DNA of 64,000 nucleotides from Spirogloea muscicola (Eukaryota), in the NCBI GenBank assembly GCA_009602725.1, contig WELB01000026.1:557580-621579 (forward strand), in the 5' to 3' direction. Below the pieces are notes generated by a model, which was not told the origin of the DNA, made no database searches, and was given only the letters and a program-made list of their open reading frames with translations. How positions within the stretch are numbered: position 1 is the stretch's first letter; every line of letters starts with the position of its first letter. Both the position numbers and the translations under genes were made by a program. This document shows, in pieces, positions 12,250-25,363 of this stretch.

Positions 12250-13020
12250 CCTTCCTGGCCCTTTCGGACCTTGTACCCCCCTCTTTTATAGCATTTCCAT
12301 GATTGAAAGGAGAAAGACTCTTCCAATGGAAAGTGGCCAGCTCTGGAAAAGGACCAAAAGAACGCTCCTTTGGGCTGGCCTCCCACATGTACTCTGGTGC
12401 TTGCTTACCTACTTGTTTCAGCGACTCCTCGGCCCCTTCGGACCTTGGCAATTCTTTTCAGGCTCCGCTTTTAACACCCCTCGCCCCATTTGGACTTGCT
12501 CACTTCTCACAGCCAAAGTTGAAGAGCTATTTCCACTTCTCTGTGGGGGACCACTGGCCTCGCCCTCAATCAGCGCCCAACGGGCGGGGGGTCCTGCCAC
12601 TCGGGAAGCGAGGCCGCCGAAGCTCGCCGCGTGGCGCTCGCTCCCAGGAAGGTGGGATCCAATCGCGGCGGCCCGCCGGACGGCTGCCCGCCGTTCGCGG
12701 CCGAAGCTTTCGCCGCTCCGCGCGCGCTGCTTCCAGGGGCATCCTGGAAGTTCTCCAACAAAAGAAGAAAAAAAATAGCAAGTGAGCTCTTCCGAAAGAC
12801 AGTGGTCCTCCGTAAGGGGGCGAGGGCTGTGAAAAGCTAGCCTGAAAAGAATGGCAAGGTCCGAAGGGGCTGAAAAGAGCTCTGGGATGGGGGGCTGTGA
12901 AAAGCCAGCCCAGAAAGTATGCACAAGGCCCAAAGAAGGGGTGCGACGGCTGTGAAAGGCCAGGTCAGAAGCGAATGGAAGAGGTCCCAAGGGCCGGAAA
13001 CCGCCAAGCCACATCGCTAT
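12250..13020. mobile_element. Island of retroelement 3'-end modules upstream of malic enzyme
   Basis: Degenerate copies of gggctgtgaaaagccagccc and gccccttcggacctt at ~12370, 12430-12540, 12825, 12893 and 12948. Confidence 0.75.
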
Positions 13021-13427
13021 GCAATTGGTTACTATGAAATTGGTACTCAATAGCCCGCAGCCGCAAGTCAGAGTAGCTTGCAGGCAATGACAGCCCGCCA
13101 TGTCGTCCGCCATGGCGGTTGGTGGGGATGGGGCCGGTGGCTGCGAGGACTCCATCAGACGAGAACCGGAGACGGCCCCAGGTGGCGCGCTTGTCAAAAT
13201 TCCGCTCGTTGGGCGGTGCGCTGCTGCTGCGGCTAGTCGGTGCTCCAGCAAGGGCTCGGCGCGCTCCGTCGCTGGCGGACGGCCGGAATCACCGTGACTG
13301 CGACTGTCGGCGACCAGGTTGACCGCCACTCCTGTCTCCACTCCTGAGCACGTGGCACGGTTTCTAGTCATTCCTTGACTCTGCAACTTTATATACTTCA
13401 CTTTGCTCACACACAGGGGACGGACGT

Positions 13428-13501
13428 GTTTCCGTGGTGTAGTTGGTCATCACGTCAGTCTAACACACTGAAGGTCTCCGGTTCGAGCCCGGACGGAAAC
13501 A
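13428..13501 (+). tRNA. trnV-AAC: tRNA-Val (anticodon AAC)
   Basis: Acceptor stem GTTTCCG/CGGAAAC, D-arm GTGTAGTTGGTCATCAC, anticodon arm TCAGT-CT AAC AC-ACTGA, T-loop GGTTCGAGCC, downstream TTTT, and an upstream TATA-like tttatata at ~13388. Confidence 0.97.
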
Positions 13502-14689
13502 TGTGCTTTTGCAGCCTCCCAATCCAGGTGTTGTATATCATATAATCTTTGCATCACCGTGCCATCGTAAGAATTGAAGCATTACAGACCGCACCGCTGA
13601 GCTGCACAACCTTCTCAGTAGGGACCCCCCTTTAGAAAGAGCTTCTTTACTCTCTACTGAGTCACTCAAGTATTATTCAGAAAATGCTTGTTTAGCACCA
13701 CCTTGACCACTGTAATAAGTCCAGTAATAAATGACCAATGATTTAAAGGTGTTGTTATCTCTCAGAAGAATGATGTGGGATGTTCGCTTGATACCCTACT
13801 TCGCTACTGACTGCCCTCTCATGTCAACCTCATAAGAAGAAGCTCCTCTGCTGGGGCAATAAAGTCATCTTCAGAAATTGTGTACTCAGCATATCACCTT
13901 GCAGTTGCAAAGCAGGAGTACCAGGGATCCATGATAAGCGATCTTCCATTCCTCGGCTATCATTCATAACAAACATCTGAAAATTTTCCGGGAGGATTTT
14001 ATAGGGCTCAACACAACAACCGCCCATTGGTGGACGCTGCAGTTTCTCCTCCAAGATGGCTGGCTCCTCACAGCCACAACCCTTATGCTATTTCAGTCCC
14101 CTTCTCCATCACGTCACCACCTTTTGGGCAGGCGGCATTGAGATACTCCATGAATGGCTCAACCCCAACCCCTCCAACAGAGGCAGCGCGCGGCTGACAA
14201 CAAGGCGGCAAGTAAGAGCTGTACAGAGTTGGACGAGAAAGCCCAAGAAAAGTTGGTGAGTTTTGCAGCCAGGGCACGAGGGCGAACTTCCACACCTTGT
14301 TTCTGTTGGACCCTCTTCTTCTTCTGGTGACACTGCTTGTCCAAATGTATCCACCCTTGGGCCTGGTGACTTGCACGAGGGCGACCAATGCTAGATGATG
14401 TCGGCAAGTCTATCCAGAGACAAATGCTGACGTGCTCAGACGTGTAAGCAGGTCAACTGTCTGAACCAGATCGACACAATCAAGCCAAGAACGGGATGTA
14501 GCACGAATTGTCCGCGGCAAGCATTGTTCCCTTCGGCGGCTACGTTCACTGGAGCTGATTCTGAAGCTCGACTTAGCGTCCTTCCTGGTCGACAGATGAA
14601 GGGTACCCTGATGCACTGTTTTTTGCTAAGTAGCTGCTCACAACCACTGTCGCATGGGAGCCTGGTCCTGTCTAGAGACCTTGGCCGTA

Positions 14690-15730
14690 CTTTTGAGGTT
14701 GTCCCATTTAAAGTTTGTTCATTCTTCTCTCTGGGCTGGCCGATCACAGCCATCGCCCGCTAGTAGAAGAGCCTTCCTTCTTCTCCCAGCCCCGTTGAAC
14801 CTTGTTCATTCTTTTTGGGCTGGCCGTTCCCAGCCCCTACCCTCTATGGGCGAGCACTTCTTCTCATAGGCATCGCCTTACTTTTGAAGAGCTGCTTCCC
14901 TGGGAGAGCACTTTCTATGTGGGAAAGCGCTTCCACTCTCCCGATAGATGCTTTTCTTGCCAGCTTACCTGTGTGTTTGATTTAGATTTATGTGGTGGGT
15001 CAATTACCCTTTTCTTTGTATTGCTGCCTTGCTTGGTGAGTTACTACGCGCGTTAGCCGTGCAACTGCGGGATCAAGACGATTCTAATCAGGAAATGGCT
15101 TGCCGCACTTGACAGTGCCCAAGTGGCCAGTCGGCCTGCAGTGTGACGGGCTCGACAGAAGCAGCTCTTCCGAAGGGGGCAAGGGCTGTGAAAAGCGAAC
15201 ACCAAAGGAGAAGGAAACCCCTTTTTGACGACGTGCAGATGTGTTTCCAGCTGAGATGGGCCTGCCAGCTGCATATCTGTCGTTCTTGCGAAGACACGTT
15301 CCGGCCTGTTTGCAGCGTGCTCAGGCTAATGCTTTGCATCAGAAAGCTGGGCGAGCTCTAGTTGGTAGCAGAAGGGCTTCGTTTCTGCCATCCAGTATTC
15401 AGGCATCCTTAGCGACCTATATGTATTGACCCGTGGTTACTGAGCGGGTCAATCTGCTGTAGATGTACGTCTCTAGATGTGCTTCCCTTCGTACTTGGCC
15501 ATTTGGTCTTTGTTTGTTTCAAATACACGAAAATTCTCTTTCAAAGGGGGGCTAGGGCTGTGGAAAAGCCAACCTAGAAAGCGAGGAAGACTCTTCAGTA
15601 GAGTTGCGATGGCTGTGATTGGCCAGCCAAGCGTGAAGAATGAACAAAGTCGATGAAAAGAAAACATTACAATTTGATAGCAATGGCTGCGAGAGGCCAG
15701 CCCGAGAAACCACCGAGACAGCCACCCCGG
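14690..15730. mobile_element. Island of retroelement 3' ends, including a type-C copy at ~15228-15535 (+)
   Basis: 15241-15443 encodes ..CLQRAQANALHQKAGRALVG..(frameshift)..VLTRGY* and a UTR ending gtttgtttcaaatacacgaaa, closely matching 46630-46940. GGGCTGGC..CAGCC modules lie at 14733, 14817, 15183(-), 15555(-) and 15685(-). Confidence 0.85.
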
Positions 15731-16163
15731 TCCGGCCAGTGTCGAGCCGTGTGTCTGGCCGCCACGTGTACGCAAGCTGACCTGCCCTTGAGGAAAGACC
15801 ACCTGATCCCTGTTCACACAAGAGAAGGCGAGAACCCCACAGCAGCAGCTTCAGCAGAGCGCCTCCATCATTGGCTGGAGGCGGCGAATGACACTACCTC
15901 ATTGGTCGCACAGCCACCTCAGCGTCGTACAGGGGCTCGTGTGAATGTTCGCGTGGCCCCACCCTGACTCCCGAAACCCCCCGCCGCCTCGAGCTCCCCA
16001 CTAACGTTCCTCCGCCGCCGCCCTTTGTCACCGCCGCCGCCGTCGCTGCCGCCTCCGCCGCCGACGTCGCCGCCGTTCCCTTCCCGCCCTCTCGGCCCCG
16101 TCGGGAGCACCCAGTGAGCGCCGCATCGTGTTCCTGCCCTCTCTTGCAGGTACCCACGTCACC

Positions 16164-17685
16164 ATGGCTGCACTCAGACAGGTCCTTGTGGGATGCTTGC
16201 TTGGGGACAAGCACAGAGGCAGCGATTTGAAGCTTAGGTGTCAGCGGTGGGGCTGTAAAGATAGCGGAATTTAGAGATCTTGCAGGATGTCATTACTAGG
16301 TCTTTGGCTCAAGCTGTTGCACGCATCAAAGTCTATGAATCTGTATACTTGCAATTCAGGGTAGCCGGCTAGAGATAGTGGGCTTTTGTAAGGACCCTGC
16401 CGCTATGATTTTACCGGGCTTTTGTTGCTGGAGTGGAATTTGGCTTATTCCCTCTGCTTGCTCAGCTTTGAGCAGGTGTTCTTGGGCAGCCAAAATCCGA
16501 GCTGTTCTTGGGCAGCTTCACACCGACCTGGCTTGCCTCAGATTGTCAAACCTGTGCACACGCCATGTACTGCTATGCGTGCCCTCTGAGTCAGTTGAAA
16601 CTGGCCCAGGTTAGTGATGCTGACATCGGCATTGATTAGTGGTCTTCATTGCAGAAGGCGACCGTCTTCACCGACCAGGTCCATTGTCAAGTATTCCATG
16701 GCCACTGAGCAGGATACGAAGCTGGTGGAGTCTGAGGATGTCCCGGGCATGATAGAGAAGACCGGTCCTTTGGAAGCAAGTGACATATCTCGTGCAGACG
16801 AGATTGGGGGAAAGCCTAACCAGGTTCTGTCAACCTAAACCCTGAGCAAGACGACAGTTCAAGCGATCGTGTATTGGTAATTAAAAAAGATAAACAGGAA
16901 TGATGAGCAGATGCATATTGAGGATGTTCGTTGAGCCGAGCTTCAGCTCCCAAATTGGCTAATGCCTGCTGGACTCATTAAGCCTTGCAGCCTTGTCAAT
17001 AGCAATAAGTAGAACCTTTGCTTGCTCTGCGAGTGAGATGTTTGCAGAGGACAATGCTGTATTTCACAACATACAGGTGCTGCAAGCACTGGGTTAAAGT
17101 GGTCGTAGTTTCCTCATGAGATGCAGTTGAAGGAAATTGATGGCAAGCCCATCAGCATTCAAGACGCAAAGGAGGTGCAGCAGTCAGAGGAGGCAGCAGG
17201 GCACCCTACGGGCAAAGGAAGTCTTCCGGCCAGAATGCAGGTAAGCCCTGTATAAGTGTATTCTTATTCCAAGCAAATAGGCTATCCCCTTTTGCCCTTC
17301 TGCCCTTCTGCCCTTGACTGAGAGTTTAGCTAGCAATATCAGCGTTACTGGTAAAGCTGACAGATTTGCGTTTGCATTCCATGCTCATGTGATTTTCTTG
17401 ATTAGAGCTTTGGCAGTTGAAATGGTTAGGACGATGTCGGGGGTTTAAGTCCCAGGGTTTCCAAATTATTCTCTCTGGATTACAAGGTGGATACAGTACC
17501 ATGATTCAAACGTCGGAATGTTGCTGCAGGCTGCAGCTGCAGTGAATCTGCGTGAAGGTATAGTGCCGCCAATTGGCACGAAGAACGTCGGCACCGAGAG
17601 GGGTGTTATCAGTGGTCACCAGGCAGACTTGGTAAACAAGCAGAAGTCAGCCAGTGGCTCCAGGGAGGAAAAGACAAGGACGTGA
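16164..17685 (+). CDS. Seed-maturation-protein (SMP, LEA D-34-like) domain protein, 4 coding exons
   Basis: Exons ~16164-16238, 16654-16823, 17127-17240 and 17530-17685 splice in frame. KPISIQDAKEVQQSEEAAGHPTGKGSLPARMQ/AAAAVN matches the SMP repeat pattern KP.T..DA..IQ.AE....GG..A.MQ.AA..N. Confidence 0.75.
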
Positions 17686-18257
17686 AATGCACACAACCTT
17701 GGCGGCACGGCACAAGTGGTACATGAGAATTTGGCATTCGGCAGAACTCGAGAAATAGCATCTCTTCTGCTCGTTCGGTTGTTTACTATTGCTTAGGCCC
17801 TCAGCAGCAACTCTGAATGACAATGAGAGTTATGCTTTCTGTTTGGCAGCTCCATGCTACATTGCTCATCAAAGATCAAGGAAATTGCTGTCACCCATCT
17901 TACTTGCAATATGAGTAGAGTGCTTCATGTGAGGTACTAGATGCAAGCAAGCACAGCAACCTTGTCAACGTCGAATTCAGCCCTTGGGCAACATCATCTT
18001 GAAAGCCCTACCTCGTCTTTGTAGTGCAGCACAGGTGTCAGGACCGTCTAGATTGATGTACAACGTGCCCACTCTGGTCAGCTATGACGATATCTACCAG
18101 CTTGCAAGCCATCAATGCTTTTTAACTGAAAGAGAGGCGCAATCTGCACCACAAAGAGCTGTCTTCATATGCTATGCCGAGCTTTCTTTGAGAGCAGTGG
18201 CAACACAATGGGCTGTCAAGAGAGGTCAGGGTAACAAGAGAGTCGTCCACACAAACT

Positions 18258-21048
18258 TCAGATCCGCATGTGAGGCCTTGCAGCTGGCTGCCTTCCTGCA
18301 GGCTGTCGTACTTGAAGCGCCAGCAACATTGACAGTGCTCCTACAACATTGATAACTCCGAGCTGCACAAGAGGCAGTACACACCGTGTACAACGCTCTG
18401 AGGAATACATGTCACACTTTCTGCAGGTTGCTGCCTCCTGCCTTGCGTACTACCAGTCCTTCTGCCTTCTGAAAGCACCTGCAATATAAGCTTTGGCAAC
18501 AAAAGTTTGGAAGCTATTAAGCACTAATAGTTACTTACAATCAGAAGGGTTTGCTGGACAGCTTGGAAGCCAACAAGGCCAGCAAACGCAACGAAGAGCA
18601 CCTGGTATCAGAATCATCAATAGCCCTTTCAAAATTTCAGCACATGCACAAGGACACAATACAATTGCAGCAAGGAATGTATTCGTGACGATCAACCAGG
18701 GACAGCACCTTCACAACGTGCTCTATCAAGTCAATAAATTACTGATCACTGAGATCACTGATCCACAAGCTTGGCCCAAAGAACATGCTCACTTAGACTG
18801 CAGCTCTTGAGCTCATACTAGAGAAGCAGAGTAGCACACATTGCTCGACCAATGACAGTCGGCTTACAGATAGATGCCTTCACACTGCACTCTTGAGAAA
18901 TCATGAGGACTCAAACTTTTGGCCCTGCGTTTGTAACACGCTGACATAGTCTTAAAATCTGCAGAACAAGCTTATACCAAAGAAGCACAAGAATACTCAC
19001 TGCTCGACCAATCACAGTTGATATGTAGAAGCCATCAACACCCAGCCCCAGCACGTCCCCAGCTGCAGCACCAATGTAGTAGCAGCCAAAGAGCTGACCA
19101 GAGAAGGGCAAACATCAGTCTACAGGACTGAGCTCGAACAGCATGGCCACTCTCTCAAGCAGATGCTTGAGAGAGTGGCTGTGAGAGAGTGCTGTGATAT
19201 TAAACCCAAGATACCCATTTGTTGTAACTGTCAATCAAAGACAACAAGCCTGCCAGTTGGATGAGCGCATGCAGCCCCAAATACGAGGAGCCATTGGCAG
19301 GGAGCTAGCATCTATCCAGATCAACAAAAGCAGGTGACAAAATGGGCCGCGATCGCACCACCATCAGTACAGCAAAGACCTGGACCCAGCCGATGGCGAT
19401 GGTGCTCCAATCAAAGAGAAGTCCTGCCATGAAAGAGAGGCATTATCAATTGGCCTTTCTGTGACTGGCTTATAGCTGAAATCGAACAGCCTCTGTCAGC
19501 AAGCGACAGCTATGCTTTGAGCAAATCAGGAAAATAAGTTGCAAAGACACGCACGACGAACGGCATCAGCATACAAGATACATCCCTCGTTAAGATAAGG
19601 GCATCAATAGTTATGTTCAGTCATCACATACCAAAGCTCCACGCCGGGGCGCAGAAGGTCACAATGCCGGCGGCGGCAATGTAGATGCCGGTCAGCAGCG
19701 CAGCGCGGGCAGGGCGGAAGGACCGGGATGCGGTGGGCTTCAGCTGTCCCAGAAGCAGCTTCCAGATCCGCGCGAGCGGCGCCTCCAGTCTGTCGCCGTC
19801 GTCTGCGCCTCTCTCCGCTGGAGACGCTGGCAAGATGCTGCCGGACATTGCAGACTGCATGCGAGTGTCAGGCACTCTCTGACGCCACAACCAGCGTGGC
19901 AGCACGAAACGAGTCAAGCGCGCAGCTCCAGACTGCACGAATGCAAGGCATCCACCTTCATGGCTTTGGCAAAAGAGCAAGTTCCGCCAAAAGGGGCAAG
20001 GCTTGAGGCTGATGGGCTGACATCTGAGGCCTAGAAGTCGACATTATCAACCAGATTTGGAGACTGAACCTCAGGGCTCAGTGACTGTCAGTGAGGTACA
20101 GACGTCAGGGAGCTGTGCTGTAGCTCACGTGATGGTGCCCTCCTCGGAGATGGCCGCCACCTCCGGATGCAGCTCACCGGCGCCGCTGAGCCACTCCGGG
20201 CCCAGGGCCTGCTCGCTCGCGATGGCTATGCGGCGCGGATCCATGACCAGTGCGGCGACGACTGCGTCACGGTCGCCGTCTGCGCCCGCGTGCACCTCGC
20301 CCCGCAGCCGGCCGAAGACGACGACGTCGCCGGCGGCGAAGATGCGGGCGCCCTGGTTCACGTCCCCATACACCTGGCAGCCGAGAAGACGCGCTAGACG
20401 CGGCCAGGCGCCGTGGCCGAGCATCACACTCAGATACTCCCTACTTGTTAAATAAGTCAACGGCACGACGACGTAGCCCGCTACACATGCATTGCCATCA
20501 TACTCAGCACAGGCAGCACAACTGAGTCTCTCCTGTAACAGAAGTCCCTTCCCGCGGTAACAAGCTAAGTCAAGCAGAGCTGCATGATCAAAGCCGAGCA
20601 ACAATGGCCGACTATTGAAAGTCCGTGCTACTAGGCACAAAGCGCGCTTCTGTGGACTATGGATGAATTGACAATGGCGCAGGGTTTAGGGTTATGGGTT
20701 AGGGTTTCGACAGGGGCAAGCGCGTGGAGCTAGCCCGCCGTTCTGATGGCCGATGTCTCAGTGGCTGCGCTCTGGCCTGGCAGCCACAGAGCTGCCGGAC
20801 CAGCTGAGGCGGCGGCGAAGGGGGAGCAGTCTCACCACGACGGCGCCCGGGCTGCGGACCTCCTCGTCCTGCCGCAGCGTGCTGCGCACGTAGAGCGCCG
20901 GGCGGCCCTTGGCGTCCAGCTTGGCGCCGCTGAGCCACGACGCCGCCACCGCCTTCAGGCGCTCCTCCGCGGCGGCGGCGTCGTCGCCGTCGCCGTCGCC
21001 GGCGAGGGAGCCGGCGGGCCCTGCGGGTGTCGACGCTTCGGAGGCTGC
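18258..21048 (-). CDS. minC-like: MinC C-terminal-domain protein fused to a C-terminal multi-pass membrane domain (5' end in gap)
   Basis: ALYVRSTLRQDEEVRSPGAVV / VYGDVNQGARIFAAGDVVVFGRLRGEVHAGADGDRDAVVAALVMDPRRIAIA..PEVA is the MinC_C beta-helix signature. A phase-2 splice (20129 to ~19837) joins it in frame to hydrophobic exons (AALLTGIYIAAAGIVTF / LLFDWSTIAIGWVQVFAVLMV / LFGCYYIGAA..FYISTVIGRA / VLFVAFAGLV / LGVINVVGALSMLLAL), with a stop at 18258. Confidence 0.85.
20681..20708. repeat. Short degenerate plant-type telomeric/telobox cluster
   Basis: agggtttagggttatgggttagggtttc (minus strand: aaaccctaacccataaccctaaaccct) inside a MinC-like intron. Confidence 0.6.
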
Positions 21049-21525
<477 letters not shown>

Positions 21526-24435
21526 CTCCGACGCGGCCATGGCGGCGCGCGGCGTGGCGGTGCGGCGGCGGCCGCCGGCGGGCCCGCCGTCGCACATGGT
21601 CGGGCCCTTCCAGTTCCGCATCGACGGCGAGGACAACCTGCCGCGCAACATCCTGGAGGAGATCGTCTGGAACAAGGTCCGGCACCATCGCCCTGGCGCT
21701 CGTAGGCCACCTGCCATGGCACGGCACTCCAGGCCCCCTGGCACTACAGCGGATCCCGCAACAAGCAGGTCCAGCCGGTGATTTACTACAGCACAGCAAA
21801 GCGGCCCCAAGTGTGGTGTCGGACTGGTGGCAAGAGCCGGGCAGCGGCCGCTGCGCCCGAAAGCCGCACCCACCATGGCAATTTCACCGTCCTGATTGCC
21901 GCGGCTGGGGGTGATCGGGGATCGCCCTGTGCCACGAACCTTCTCTGCCAGTAGTCAGGCAGCGCTCGACTAGTGCAAGTGGCAGGAGCTCAGCTGGCAC
22001 ACCGACCCATGGTAGAGATTGGCAGAAGCATTGGAGATTCGCCAGCAGCCTGCGACAGCAATAACTCGTGAAGTCGTCATTACTTCCTGACCCAGTGTTC
22101 GCGTGGCTTGCCTAGCTAAAATGCCCACGGGCACTAGCGGCCTGCCGCAGGACAAGGAGGTAGACGCGATGAAGGAGAAGATGCCGCTGAGCACGCTGCT
22201 ACGGGGGATGGACGGCCTGCCGCCGACGCGCGACTTCGCGGGCACGTTGCGCTCGCGCGCCGCGGAGACGGGCGTGCCCGGCCTCATCGCAGAGGTCAAG
22301 AAGGCATCGCCCAGCCGGGGCGTTATTCAGCCCAACTTTGATCACGTGAGCGCCTTTGTTTCCAAGCTCCGCATTGCTTCGCTTACTTGCTGGAAGAACA
22401 GTGCCCACAGTAAGCTAAGGTCCTTCATGTCAGATCCCCAGCGTGGAGTCCTCTCTAGAGTTGCCTTTGGCACATCACCAGACAAAGCTCCTGGCTTAGG
22501 CGTCCTCGCTGTCGTCTTTGCCAATGAATGTAGGTGAAGATAGCGAAGGCATACGAGAGAGGAGGTGCGGCATGCCTGAGCGTCCTCACAGACTCCAAGT
22601 ACTTCCAGGTAGGTCTGGCCTCCTCAACCCCTCACCATGGTGGCCAACATACTGTAGTTCCAGCTCTAGGTCCAACTCATTTGCATCGTTTGCATATACG
22701 AGGCTCTTCGTCACGCTCAGAGCTTCTACGCAGCCTGTTGTGAGCTCTCCTGCAATGTCATCTTAGAGAAGGTGAAGTGCGTCATACCTGAGGTTGCATG
22801 TTAGTTGGTGGATATGGCGGCTGGCAGGGAAGCTTTGAGAACCTGAAGGAGATTCGAGCAGCAGGTGTGCAGGTACGCTAAGGGCAAACCCTACTTGAAG
22901 TGCAAGTTAGCTGAAATGTATGGTACGCAATCATGTTCTTGTGTGGAGCTTTACCCCATCTGTGATCACCACACTAAAGCTGCTGCACTGGAGACAGACA
23001 CACAAGAATCTGATGTTCGTGAGCTTTAGCTTGAAGTCTAGCCCCAGAGCCAGAAGCAAGGGAAAGTGTGTAGCAATGCGAGGAGTTACACGAGGAGCCC
23101 AAGTGGCTTCACCTGGTAACTGACCCGCTCCAGTGCCTGCAGTGCCCGTTGCTGTGCAAGGAGTTCATCATCGACGCCTGGCAGCTCCACTTCGCACGGC
23201 TTAAGGGCGCCGACGCCGTGCTGCTCATTGCGGCCGTGCTGCCTGATGCTGATCTCAAGTACATGAGCCAGATCTGCAAGTTCCTCGGCCTCACACCCCT
23301 CATTGAGGTAGCCCATGTAGTGGCAACAATGCCGCTATCTGAAGATCCAATGCTTGTGGCTTGCTTGCTTCCCGGTTGCTAGTAGCAGGTCTCTGCGCAG
23401 GGCGCCTGCTCGTCCTTCGCTTGAGCCACTGGCCATGTGTGATGCTTATATTCAGGTGCACACGCCGCTCGAGATGGACAGGGTCCTTGGCCTTCCCAGC
23501 GTGGCCATGATTGGAATCAATAACCGAGACCTGGGTGAGGCAATTTGCACCCAAAATGTTGTCAGCATTTCTGAAGGAGAGATGACAATCTAGCAGGAAT
23601 ATGTGTTTGCACTACCTCAGTGGCCCCATCAGGGTTCTTCAATTTTTCTGCACAAACTGGAGAGTGTTATGAGATGACGTAGTGATATGAGAAAGGATGG
23701 GACAATCTTAACATCGTTCATTTGCTTCTCTAGGTCTTTATCTTACAACTAAATACCCTTACTGCATTTTATGCAGGTACCTTCAAGGTGGACATCGGCA
23801 ACACAGTAAGTCTCTTGAGTGGTGATCGTGGCAAGAAAATTCGAGACAGAGGCATCCTTGTGAGCACTCAGTCCAACGACTTGCAGCAGCTTCGCATTGA
23901 CGTTAAATGTGGCTAAAGCTGTCAGGTCTTACTCGAAGAGTTTTCATATCAATTGATATGATCATGAGCTCCTCCACACATGATCGACTGCTGGCCATCT
24001 TTGGTTTGATTCCTGCGAGCTACACATCCGTCACAGGTCGTTGGGGAGTCTGGCCTGTTCACTCCAGAGGACATCGCCACTGTTCAACAGGCTGGATGCG
24101 AAGCGGTACATGCTACCCTTTGTCTTCGACATAGCACGTTATATCATTTACTTATCTGCCAAAAGGCAGAAGTCAGAAGGACCACACTGCAAGGCTTACG
24201 TTACAGACAGACTGGCACCAGTACCTTTTGCAGCCGTCTCACAGGGATATGTCGCTGTTGCAGCTCAAACATCTCGAGCATGCTCCATCAGCTGATATTT
24301 TTCGTCCCACAGGTCCTGGTTGGGGAGTCGCTGGTGAAGCAGGATGATCCGGCCATGGGTATAGCAGGCCTCTTTGGGAAAGACATCTCCCGGACAGCGG
24401 CGTTTGAGCATGGGGTGCAAGCTGCAGTCACATGA
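21526..24435 (+). CDS. IGPS: Indole-3-glycerol phosphate synthase, plant plastid type (5' end probably in gap), 9 visible exons
   Basis: [32 protein letters not shown] / [13 protein letters not shown] / [14 protein letters not shown] / GSFENL / [21 protein letters not shown] / EVH / IGINNRDL / VVGESG / [12 protein letters not shown] at 24433-24435. Confidence 0.95.
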
Positions 24436-25363
24436 AGAGACGACAACAGGCGTTGCCCTCAAGCCAGCACGCAGGGCGGCCACCTGCGGAGGCTTCTCGT
24501 CAGCCAAGAGAGCCAGCTCTGTTGAGGCTTTGCCTTTACCTGTATTTGTAAATTTACTTGAATGTGCTCCTTTCCTTACGTATGAGCCGATTATTTCAGA
24601 GGCAGACGTTTTGCAGCAGAACCAGTAAGGGGTCTTTGGCAGCCTTGAGTAGCAGGGCTGCTGTGGGTGGCAATGGCTGAAGCTAGGTTGTTCCAAGTGA
24701 AGGCAGCAAAGCCAAGCGCACGACAATTTTTAGGAGAATTGGCGGAGGCCTTTCGGACTGCTTATATAGCTAGGTACGTCTGCAACGTGCATCTAAGGGA
24801 ATTGATGGCATCCTTGCAACAAGCATTGAAACCCTTGCAAAACCAGCGATTAGATTTGGACCGAAAGCAAGCGACTAGGTGTTACTTTCGGTCCAAAACG
24901 CTTGACTATCTGACAGTGGCAAGACCAGCAAGGAGGTTGCCTGATGTCACTTGGAAGGACATTCTACTGAACAACAAGCTCGTGCACACAAGTCATAAGG
25001 CAGAGTGCAGGCTTAGTAGGGGCCTCCACCATAGGCTTGCAATGAACTACAACAGCAACGCGTCAAGAAGAATGTGCCGAGGCATGTGCCTGACGGTGGC
25101 TAAAATTGCTAGAGTGGAAGCGGCAAGCAGTGCACTGCCAACAGCTGTGTGCAAAGGCCCCAAAGCAGCAGGCCACTTGCTTGTAGTATGTCTGCCAGAG
25201 GAACTGTGCCCAAATGTGCAGCCCATGATTGCAGCCCGGATCTTTAATGACGCCCCTCTTAAGAGGAACCTACTGACCCCATCCATAACAAGTACCGATT
25301 GACAAAGCCACCAAGGGAAGCAGCGCCGCTTTGATCAGTATTTCAAGTATATCCAACCCATTG

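Noticed and set aside
13830..14690. Protein-like minus-strand fragments
   Set aside because: Interrupted by stops, with no recognisable family or consistent splice chain.
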